From: Felis catus | Lineage: Eukaryota | Assembly: GCF_018350175.1 (NCBI RefSeq) | Contig: NC_058368.1 | Coordinates: 50,469,815 to 50,533,814, forward strand | DNA: 64,000 nucleotides | Direction of reading: 5' to 3' | Part shown: positions 23,896 to 34,565 of the stretch, one piece after another | Layout of the letters: each line of letters starts with the position of its first letter | Position numbering within the stretch: position 1 is the first letter of the stretch | Notes under the pieces: model-generated | The model's database searches: none | Told to the model about the DNA's origin: nothing | The model's input: only the letters and a program-made list of their open reading frames with translations | Program-made: the position numbers and the translations under genes

Positions 23896-26425
23896 GTCTC
23901 AACCTCTTCTGTTTGTGACTTTTACAAACTCTAGTTGATTCACAATTTATCCATGACACTTAAGGGTTAGGGCATGTAAGGATGTAATAAATTTAGATTA
24001 GTGTTTATTTTGCTTTGACCTGTGCACTCTCTATTCCAAAAGAATAGAGAGCATTCCCTTGGGTATGTGATTTGTATAATTCTCTGCCACAAGCTGCAGA
24101 GAAGTTCCTATACTCCAGGAAATAGTTTCATATTCTCTTAGAGTCTAGAATTGTCTACCAAGTATAAACTTGTCTTTGTAATTTCAAGCTGTCTGCAGGC
24201 TTTTTTTTCCCCACCAGGTTCCAATGTCTGTCTGCCCAGTTTGGAGGTTTTATTGTTGTGGTGGTGGTGGCAGTTGTTTGTTTGGGGGAGAAGTTTGAAA
24301 CTTTAATCTTTTTCCCCCTAAGGGATGATGGCAGCATAATCAGGCACTGCTATTACTCCAGACTCATTTCCCATATTTAGAGAGACCATGGATAGGATTA
24401 ATGATGGTCATTTAGGAAAAGAGGTTGAAATAGACAAGATCTGAAGAGGATGTGATAATCAGAGTGTGCAGATGGATGGAAATTCAACAGGAGAAAACGC
24501 CCCATTAGCAGCTCAGCAATTAAAGTCATTTCTTTTAAGAGCAGATGTGCAGTGTTCTTTACGGAATATGCTACATGTTTGAAAGGACATGTAGAGAAGA
24601 GCAGTTGAGGATAGCTATCATTTTATAAGTCTATGGGACAATGAAATCATTAATTGTAAAAATAGATTTTGGAGTTTTCATTTTGTTCAAAGAAGGACTT
24701 AACCTCCAGTCTCCAGTATTTCTTGGCTCTCTCACTAAGATTAAAATAAGCTGTGCCATCAAAGCCCTTTTCTCACCTGAGCATAAAAAGAACGTTAGGA
24801 GCATGACCTTGCTGAAGTGGTTGACCAAATTATAATGAAGGGGCTCACAGGTCAGGAGAAGTCTTGCTCATAATCAAAAAGCCTCTTCAAGTTTTTAGTT
24901 CCAAACTCTTTGAAAATGCTAGCTCAAATATTAAGTTCACAGCACCTCCAAAATGTGTTGTCCTGGGGTGAACCAAGAAATTTCACTGCTGTCTGTCATG
25001 GTATCTTTCAAAGTAGTCACTTGCCATGTATGTTGCCACCATTCATTATGAATCTTCATTATTGTTTCTCTTCTGATGACTCAACATAGCACCATTACTC
25101 ATGGGCTCCATATCCAGTTTGCCTCTATTCCAATTTAATGCTACTGTTGGTCTGGATTTTAAACAGCCTTGTCTGTAATTTCCAAACTCAAGCAGTCTGA
25201 GGAAGAAAACTGTTACTGATGTGCAAATGGTGTATTGCATTTCACTTTGCATTATTCATTTTCATTATTCACATCATGGTACATTCTGGGCAGAGAGCAG
25301 AGGATTTTGAAAAAGTACATTCCCAGTGCCATGGGTATCATTTAAGACATAAAGCAATTTTCCGCAATTTGATTTCATTAGGGCTCATCCAATTTCTGTC
25401 AGGTTTGGAGCTTGTTGACCTATGTAGATTTGCATAGCTAATAGTAAATCTAAGGTAAAAGAGCTCTTGCAGGCAATTCTCAAGAGATAAGGAACTAATC
25501 TAGAGACCATCGTGTGTTGAGGGCAAAATCTCAACTGTGGAATCAGTGCCTTTCATTGGCGAAAAATGATTACTATCTGGAATCCTCGATTGCTTCATCT
25601 CAGATTGAGACTCACTAGGTGAAGGTCTGACGTATGAGAATATTCCATAGGGTATACCTTTGCCTTCTAGTGGGCATGGGCCAATTCTTTGCTCAACAGA
25701 TTTCCAAAGCTAAAATGGTCAAGCTTTTTGTTTTGCAGTTCTCAGAACTGATCTAAAACTTTTCATTTTCATGAAGCGTCTTAGTTAGGGACACACTTCC
25801 ACTACAGAAATGCTACCATGTCTTTCCCAAATCAGCCCCACTGACTCTAATTAAGGTTCAGAAGAATCAATGCTGCACTTTTTTTTTTCTGTTGCAGAAT
25901 TTCTATCTTGATGATGATTTCAGGATTGCCGTGGTTTTGAATGATCTAACTTTCCATAGTTCCCTTTGATTTTTCAGCTTCAGTGCAGAAAAGATCAATT
26001 TTCCCTCTTTGAGGGCTCATGTTTCCCTTGAGGGCACCTTAAAACACCTTTGGCTTTCACTTTAATCATGGCATATTTGCCTCTGTTAGTGCATTGCTTT
26101 TTCTCTTTTTTGGTGGATATTTATCATCTCTCAAATTATTGCAGGAATTCTGCCTAGTTTGTCATTTTACCTGTTTGCCTGAAGGAAAACAGCTGTACCC
26201 TCAGTGGAACATACTACATAGTAGTGGTCCCAGTTTAAGAGAATAAGAGAATGTACGCATTTCACTGAAAACAGTCAGCTTATACATGAGATGTATACGT
26301 CTTTGGGAGGTGATTTCATCCATTTAGCAAAAACATTTCTGGTATGTATTTTGGACCTGGCATTGTGTTAGATGCTGAGAAGCAAAGAAGAATAAAGCAC
26401 TAGTTCTGTCAAAAGTTATAGTGAA

Positions 26426-26647
26426 GGGGTGCACCTGGGTGGCTCAGTGGGTTAAGCGTCTGACTTTGGCTCTGGTCATGATCTCGCAGTTTGTGAGTTT
26501 GAGCCCTGCCTCCAGCTCTGTGCTGACAGCTCGGAGCCTGCAGCCTGCTTCGAATTCTGTGTCTCCCTTTCTCTCTACCCCTCCTCTGCTCATACTCTGT
26601 CTATTTCTGTCTCTCAAAAATAAATAAATGTTTAAAAAAATTTTTTA
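26426..26647 (+). mobile_element. Can-SINE
   Basis: Head CACCTGGGTGGCTCAG; 16-bp TSD with 2 mismatches at 26411-26426 and 26648-26663. Confidence 0.95.
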
Positions 26648-27120
26648 AAAAGCTGTAGTGAAGAGAGAAAGGTACTAGAATGGAAGAGCACACAGCATAG
26701 TGGGTCTGCGGTAATAGTGTATGTATCGAGTACCCTAAGACTAGACCGAAGGCTGCTGTTGCCTGACATGCCCTTAATGGGATGGGTGGTGATGGTTAGA
26801 CACTTTAACACTACAATTAAATAAGGCTGAAAATATGAATGACCAAAGTCACATGAATACAATTTTACTGAATCTAAGGGATAGGTGACGTAGATATAAT
26901 TAGCTATTTGACCTATACCTATTTTCTTTAAGTAATGATGAGGCATGTGGACAACTGCTTTTAAAATGATATTCTATTTATAAAGTTCATTTGCTTAAAC
27001 AAATTGTTATCCTCATCTCTAAAGACTAATTGAGAAAGAATATTGTATGTGCCATTGAAGACAAAAATAAGCAAGGCTCTAAGAGGTACGGAAGGCCCAA
27101 AAAATGAAGGCTTGGAAGAG

Positions 27121-27156
27121 GCACGTAACTATTTGTCACGTAAGGGTATGACGTCA
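27121..27156. promoter_or_regulatory. candidate enhancer module: two TACGTG (HRE-type, minus strand) plus full CRE
   Basis: GCACGTAACTATTTGTCACGTAAGGGTATGACGTCA. Confidence 0.4.
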
Positions 27157-28332
27157 CTTTTGTTTTTTAAACAACAGCAATGACAAAACAGTGTCTTTAT
27201 TAGATCCTTATTTGACACTAGGTTTATATGGAACAGTAGAGAAAGAAGGAAAGGAGAGAAGCTGAAAAACCTCAGGAGAAATTTACAGTTTTGCCTAGGT
27301 CCAACCCTGCCTTAGGGATGCCAAAGACTTGGCCATCATCCATTGTTGAGTGAAAGTGGCTCCTTTGTGTAATGGGATCCCGTTTAAATGAAACTGTGGA
27401 AACAGTATAAATGTATATACACTTTATGCAATTTCATTCTTAAATGTGATATAAAATATACATATCATAAAAATACATGAAGAGATGCCTAGGGGGCAAT
27501 TCTCTAAAATATAACTGATTATTTTGTGTATTGGGATTTGAAAGCTTTTATTACATTGTTTTCTTTATTACTCTGTTTCGCTTTCCTTTAATTTAAAAAA
27601 AAATAATTCAAAAATGCAACAGTATATACCAGGCATTGTGTTATACCCTAAATATACAAAATAAGGCAAGAGCAGATTTAATTTTTCCCTCATTAACATG
27701 TATCATTTTCAATAACTGAGAATCATGAACAATAATGATTGTTTAACCTCAGAGAGATTCATTGTAATCTAGGGGCATTTAACAGAGAAATATTTAAGAG
27801 GCATAAGTCTGGCAGATGTGTTAGTATACTCCATATTGCATGAAGCCTGAACCCCTGAGAAATTAGAGTGGTCTTTCAGCATCATGATAAGCTTCTTCCC
27901 CCAAAATATTTAACCTATTTCTTTAGTTTGGAGATTTGTTCTGTGGCTAAACTATATTTCTGTCTGCCTGCAGATAAATTTTTGTTTATTTCTAGTTTTG
28001 CACCTTAGTTGGAAATTGGAGGTAGTTGGGCTGGAGAAAGTTTGTAGAGATGATAAGTTTTATGAAGCAACCGTAAGGTTAACTTAAGTGATATAAAAAC
28101 CAGGGGGAGCTGGATTTGTATTGTTACAATGGGACAGAAAACAGAAAGATTGAATTAAAAGATGAAACACAAGAAACATGTCTGGGAAGTGAATTGTGTA
28201 TTAGAATTATTTCCCCAGGGAAGACATGTAGCCTCAGCGCTAAGATTATATGCAAAGTAGATGCTTTCTTTACGAAACAAATCCTTTGAGAAATACTTTA
28301 AAACAGAATGTTTGTAGTGACATTCTCTGGCA

Positions 28333-28334
<2 letters not shown>

Positions 28335-28380
<46 letters not shown>
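28335..28380. repeat. (GT)23 microsatellite
   Basis: Read directly. Confidence 0.98.
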
Positions 28381-28382
<2 letters not shown>

Positions 28383-29014
28383 TGTGTGTATAATGTTTTA
28401 AAGGAATCAAAATTTATATCCTAAAATCATGTTAAGATTCGAGTTTTTTTTTAAGTTCTGGAATTATCAGCTTTGTTTATCTCAAATGTTTTAGGGTTAT
28501 AGATTTGTTTCATTAAATGATAACAATGTGTGAATTAGGAGGAAAAAAACCAAACACAGGATGGTAAGCAGTGATAAGAAAGTGTGAGCTCAGAGTCTAG
28601 GAAAGCAGTATTGTAGGAAGTGTGTCGGCCTGAATATTTTTTTCTACAAAACATTTCCTGTAGTGAACACCCTATAATTATCTGAAGCCACTTATTCAGG
28701 ATCAAGAGGACCAAGGTTTTGGTTAGAGAATGTCTTGGTCCTCCCTCTTAATATTTAATTAAATTTTTATTTTGAAATAATTTATATTTTTCGATTCACG
28801 AATAAAATAAACACAGGTAGATTTTACAGATGATAGTAATGCTCTAAAAACTTATTAGTATGCACATACAAATGTAAGAGTAGTTTGTCTGTAGAGGGCT
28901 AGTGGAGAGATTAAACATAATTATGAATAGCTTCTTGGAGGAGAAATAATTTAAGTAAATTTCTCAAGTTCTAGGACTACACAGGAATGTATCTCCCCAC
29001 ACTGAGTGAGAATC

Positions 29015-29950
29015 ATATGTGTAGAGTTTACACTGAGCAGTTAGGACTCCTAGGATACAATCAGAATGCAAATTTATTTTTCCCCTCTTGACTGCTAAAA
29101 CCTACTGTGGGAGACTGTTTTATTTCCCTCTCATATAACATTTTGGAGTGGTTTCATGACTTTTGGGGCTTCTTGAAAAATCAGAATCCTCTGGTCATGT
29201 GTGTTGTCAAAAAAGTCTCCATTTAGTAATTAAAATATGCAGTTCAGGGTGATAATTGAATATCTCAGCTTTATTCCAAGTTCAAGGTTCTCTCTGTCCT
29301 AACTATAGGGCTTGCTTCCAGTTGTATTCCTGCAAGGGAGAAAAAGGGCCTTGGTAAGCTTCTTTTCCAATTCTTTGCATCCCTACCTGTTGCTTCTGAC
29401 TTTATTTGCCCAGCTTTTGGCTTCCCTGGGCTCCTTCTTGTTTGCAGTCTGGCAAAACAGATTACATTTGACTGAAACTCATGTATCCGGCGTTGAATGT
29501 CTTTGGCCATGGCTGATACTCGCCTTCTTGGTGAGCCTCTTCAGATTTCCCTCTTCATGTCTCTGACTACAATACTCTTGATATCAGGGTGCCATGCCTT
29601 GGCTGACATCAGAAGATGCCTACTCTTAATATTATGCCTCTTTTTGCCAAGGTCTTCTTGCCCTGTACAGGAAGCCCTCCTGGAGAGTATTATTGAAAAC
29701 AATCCTCACCTGATATTCCTCCTGCGATTTATACAGCTGGTGAACACACACCTTAGCCTGACCATGTCGAAATGCACTTATTCCCAAATGGTGTCCTCTG
29801 CTCCAGTGCCACATAAGTCTTCAGCCAACACCGCACCCATGAACCAGACATCCTTCCATTGCATCCTCAAAATCCAGGCACCACATATCCTCTTCTCCGA
29901 GTGATTTCTTCAAAGGTTCCCTCACAATGTGTGAGATGAGATGAAAGTCT
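29015..29950 (-). mobile_element. probable ancient LTR (MamGypLTR-like)
   Basis: Minus strand reads GAGAGAACCTTGAACTTGGA...GAGACT...GGGGAAAAATAAATTTGCATTCTGATTGTATCCTAGGAGTCCTAACTGCTCAGTGTAAACTCTACACA, like recalled mammalian Gypsy LTR 3' halves; 5' boundary uncertain. Confidence 0.4.
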
Positions 29951-30307
29951 CCATCTTCCTCCCTATGTGGACACAAAACCCTGAGGACTCCCTCTAAAGT
30001 AAATTTCTCCTTAATTTCTCTCTTCTTCTTCTCTTCTGCTTTAGTGCTTAAATAGACTTAATGTGACTATAAGGGGCATGTCTCAGGAAATTAGAGTTTT
30101 TGATTGTTTTTGAATGTCCTTTTAAGGTAATTTAGCATAGGAGATTGTTGCTACCTGTTGTCTTATAGCTTTAGTTAAAACTGAGTCAGAAAGTTCTGTA
30201 TTTTAGTATCCCATTATAAATATTTACATATATTGTTATATAATGTGTGCACATGTGTATGCTTGAGTGTATGCATATATGTGTGTGCATATGCCCCCTC
30301 TCTCTCT

Positions 30308-30310
30308 CAC

Positions 30311-30337
<27 letters not shown>
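30308..30337. repeat. (CACATA)5 microsatellite
   Basis: Read directly. Confidence 0.95.
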
Positions 30338-30345
<8 letters not shown>

Positions 30346-30357
30346 GACACAATTTGC

Positions 30358-30550
30358 TTTTTTTTTTCAACATTTATTTATTTTTAAGAGACAGAGCACA
30401 AGTGGGGGTGGGGCAGAGAGAGAGACACACACAGAATCTGAAGCAGCTGTCAGCACTGAGCCTGACGCCGGAGCTCCAACTCACCAACTGTGAGATCATG
30501 ACGTGAGCCAAAGTCAGATGCTTAACCGACTGAGCCACCCAGGCACCTCC
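30358..30550 (-). mobile_element. Can-SINE with short internal deletion
   Basis: GAATCTGAAGCA joins directly to GCTGTCAGC (GGCTCCAGGCTCTGA missing); TSD CACAGACACAAT at 30342-30353 and 30559-30570. Confidence 0.94.
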
Positions 30551-31929
30551 CCTCCCCCCACAGACACAATATGTGTCTTATTATACAGGCATTTTGGAGG
30601 TTTTCCCAATGTAAACCCTATTAGGTTCTGGCGATACAAAATTAGTAAGGCCATCTTTTTGCTGTAGGGGATCTCATTTTGGTCAGGGTGGTAGACATAA
30701 AAACAGATAAATACATTGTAAAATGAGACTTGCTACTTTCAACCTCTGTCAGCTACTTGAAGGACAAAGAGGATTAACTATAATGGAGTGGAGGATAGGA
30801 CCAGTGATTGGTCAGGGTAGGGATCTTCAAGTTAATGGACAGTAATTAGAACTCCAGCCTATAAATAGCAGAACATTCCTGGAGCTATTGTAGAAAATAT
30901 ATGTGTGAGATCACTTTTGTGTCATTATATTGATCCAGCACTTAGGATTTCCTGCTTCTTGTCTATCCTCCTTCTACCTACTTTTAAGAGTGCAGTGCAC
31001 TCTGGAAATGTCTCACTTGCCATATCCCATCAGAGAGGAGCCCGACTTTTAGAAACCAGCCTAATCAGACAGCTGTATCTGTTAATCAAGAATAATATTG
31101 TTCTCTAGGATACAGACTGTTTTTAGTAAAACTGGATTGTAGAGACAGTTTAGTTCAAGTTTCCACATAAAAACGTTTTGTTTTTCATCAAAATTCAGTA
31201 AAAAGGGAATCTGAGTTGTGTGTCTTATGACTGTGCAGATGAAAATATGCAGACTCCAAGAAATTTAGTCTTGAAAAATCAGTGCAATTGTAAGGAAAAT
31301 GCTTATATGTTGAGAATCTACTCAAAAACTGAGCAAAATTCAGGGTCAAATAATTCTCTTGAGTAAATACAACAGTAATTTCTTAAAAAGGAAAGACGTG
31401 TTGTTCAGTTTCTACATGTCAAAGAAAGTGAGTCAAATTGTTTTCTCCAATACTTAAAAACATTGTTTTCCATGGGTTTAAAATAGAAATATTTTCCATG
31501 GACTGCACTACTTGAAAATATATTATATTTATTAATTAGAAAGGCCACTAACTCCTTAAATAGTTTTTACATGTGTATCTGTTAAATGATATTAACGCTT
31601 TAATGTCTGGTATTAATCTTTCCTTAAAGAATGTTATCCTGTGGTCCACCTTTTATTTGAAAGGCAATTGTCAGTGTTTCATATGGTAATGACATAACAA
31701 ATTTGCAAGCTATGTTTTCTTATGTACTTCAGGTTTATAAGTGAATTTAGTGTGGTTATTGTCCTAACTTGAACTAGTTTGGTTGTCTGGGGACTTCCTG
31801 GAGAATTTACAGGACTTTTACAGATATTTTAGGGTTGACTTCAAATTGAAACCATATTTGTTTATATATCCTAAAGTACCTTTGAACAAGAGTTCCAAGA
31901 GAATAGTGTCAGTAAACCTGAAATATGTG

Positions 31930-32145
31930 GTTGTTTTTTTTTTAATGTTTATTTATTTCTGAGACAGAGAGAGACAGAGCATGAGTGGGGGAAGGGCAAG
32001 GAGAGAGAGACACACAGAATCTGAAGAGGCTCCAGGCTCTGAGCTGTCAGCACAGAGCCCGACATGGGGCTGGAACTCACAGACCGTGAGATCATGACCT
32101 GAGCCGAAGTCAGACGCTCAACCGACTGAGTCACCCAGGTGCCCC
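31930..32145 (-). mobile_element. Can-SINE (feline type)
   Basis: Complete antisense copy; TSD TGAAATATGTG at 31919-31929 and 32146-32156. Confidence 0.96.
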
Positions 32146-32959
32146 TGAAATATGTGAAGTTTTAAGACCAAATCTGACACCTGAGAAAGATGGAGCTTAC
32201 AGACCCCAAACAAATTGGCTTTGTCTATTAACCCCTAATAATCTCCTTAGACCTTCTTCAGAATGTTATGCATCCAAGTTTGAATATTAGTATTCATGAC
32301 AGTCTGAAAACTGGAGTTTATTGGGTTTTAATCCATAACTCAGACTATGTGATAGCATATGAAATACTAAAGAAATACAGCAGGGAACGGATATCTATGG
32401 CCTTCTGTCACCAGTTTATGCTGACATTTCAGAGCACCTCAGCAGGATTCATAAGGGAACACACACTGAACTCAGTGCCCCGAAACAAATGACAGCATCA
32501 CTGTTTGCTGAGATGACATGGTCTGATGAAACTCAGCACCGGATTTCTAGACACCAGCACTATGGAAATCCACCTGGTCCCTAAGTGTGACAAGTCGTGG
32601 CTAATACAGTATGTCATAGCCAGCCTCATCACTCGTCTTTCTAATATAGGCTGATGATTTAGCTTTTGCAAAGGAAAGATCAGGAAAAAAAATGAAGATG
32701 GTGAGACTCTCAAATTATCCATCTACTTATTCAGTCACTCCTGACTGCTTAAAACCAGTTTCTTCTCACTTACCTTTTTTTTAAGTGTCCTTATTATCCC
32801 CTCAAACTCACCTTAGCCTTTTGGTTTGGTATCCCCCAACAGAGAGCCAAGTGTTAGTTTTTATGAAGCCATTCTCTTCTGAGACTTCTCCTGCCTCTGT
32901 TCATTTATTCCTACTTTTTCTCCCTGTTCCTTTGCATATCATTGAAATGTTCTTGTCCT

Positions 32960-33390
32960 TCAGCATTCTTCCCTTCTTTCTTGTCTCTCCCATGTCTGTG
33001 TGCTTTCCCATGTTGACCTTGTTTATTCTCATAACTGCCACTGCCTTCTCTATGCTGGGGATATTCAAATATATGACTCCATTGTGATGATCTCCTTTGA
33101 ACACCAGTCCTGTTTATCCAGCTGCCTCCTAGACATCTCCACTTGGATGTCTCACGGGTGCCTCATCAGACTGTGTGTTAAATGAAAAGAACATTATTCC
33201 CTCTATACCTGCTCCCACTGTGTATTGCCAACTCTCCATCAGTCTGGAACCCACTGTCTGGTTACTAAGGAGACCCACTGAACTCTAAGTGCTTTGGTCA
33301 ATATTCCCATTTCTCCCTTCATTGATATCTTCACTCCCAAAATTTGATGCTGGGACTTCGACATCCTTACTAATGATTTCTCCAATAAAC
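32960..33390 (+). mobile_element. L2 ORF2 RT-region fragment
   Basis: Translates LLYAGDIQIY...QSCLSSCLLDISTWMSH, matching the L2 Y-A-D-D-x-Q-I-Y...CLLDISTWMS region. Confidence 0.8.
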
Positions 33391-33399
33391 TGGCTTCCA

Positions 33400-33610
33400 G
33401 GGGCGCCTGGGTGGCTCAGTCGGTTAAGCATCAGAGTTTGGCTCAGGTAATGATCTCGCAGCTTGTGAGTTCAAGCTCCACTTCAGGCTCTGTGCTGACA
33501 GCTCAGAGCCTGGAGCCTGCTTTGGATTCTGTGTCTCCCTCTCTCTGCCCTTCACCAGCTCATGCTCTGTCTCTCTTTCTCTCAAAAATAAATAAACATT
33601 AAAAAAAATT
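33400..33610 (+). mobile_element. Can-SINE (feline type)
   Basis: Perfect TSD TAAACTGGCTTCCAG at 33386-33400 and 33611-33625. Confidence 0.97.
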
Positions 33611-33629
33611 TAAACTGGCTTCCAGATCC

Positions 33630-34285
33630 TTGACTCTTTTGTCCAAACGTCTCATCCTCCACTCTGAGACATCCACTCCCATGATCAGCCTAGACCTTTC
33701 TAATCTTTAACACATACCTGTCATCCTTTTAGCTTTCTTCCTTTACTGCCCCAACTCCAGGGATTTCTCAAAGCCCTTAGTACCTTTTCACAAACTCCTG
33801 ATCCTACCCTACCTTTCACTTTTCCTCATCTCTCTCATATTTTCAGTCACCTACTTAACCATTTTAATCCCCATGGCCAGTCATTACAAGTACGTCTCAT
33901 GTATACCCCCAGCTCTTCCCTCCCTCTCACTGTGGACTAGCAAAAACAACCCAGTTAAATCTGGCCTTTCATGTACTCTGTACCTGCACCTGAGCAGATG
34001 ACTATGAAGACAGAAAATCACACAACTGTTCTGACAGATCTTTAAATCTGCGATAATTCGCCTTAAGTCATCTGCCCAGGGTTACCTAAATAATTTTCTC
34101 CATTTCCCCATTATATTCACTCTCCTACTTTTATAGATCAATCATATATACCTTTTATCCTCTCTCTAATTTCCACCACATTTCCCTTGCTTTGATTCTT
34201 AGCTGGTAACTTTGTTTCTTATTTCAGAGAAAATAGACCCTACCACGCAAAAATGTCTACCTTCTCCTTCAAACAAATCCATCTG
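33630..34285 (+). mobile_element. L2 internal ORF2 fragment
   Basis: CAAAAACAACCCAGTTAAATC...CCTGCACC...GAAAATCACACAAC and TTTGTTTCTTATTTCAGAGAAAATAGA resemble the L2 body. Confidence 0.65.
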
Positions 34286-34289
34286 ATCA

Positions 34290-34565
34290 GGCACTGGGGC
34301 TTCCCTCTGATAGCCAGCAAAGAAATGAAACCTCCTACCATGCTGAGAGAGCATTCTGGGGAAGTAGGCACGCCAGCTGCCCTCAGCCTTCCACAGTCTT
34401 GGCTGCCATCTTAACTATAACTTCATGTGAGACCTTGGACCAGGAGCACTGCCCTAAGCCACTCCCAGACTCCTTACTCTCAGAAATTGTGTCAGATAGC
34501 AAACATTTATTGTTTTAATCTGCTAAGTTTTGAGCTAATTTATATTACAAAAAATAAATAATACA
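34290..34565 (+). mobile_element. MaLR LTR (MLT1-family) 3' part
   Basis: GAGACCTTGGACCAG...CTAAGCCACTCCCAGACTCC...CAGAAATTGTG...TTGTTTTAATCTGCTAAGTTTTG...AATACA. Confidence 0.8.

Noticed and set aside
25661..25674. CTCF-like CCACTAGAAGGCA on the minus strand (and a weaker one near 59550)
   Set aside because: Mismatches at informative core positions; not supportable without ChIP data
29497..29904. 135-aa ORF as a novel gene
   Set aside because: Non-ATG start, no recognisable domain, and lies within a probable LTR relic
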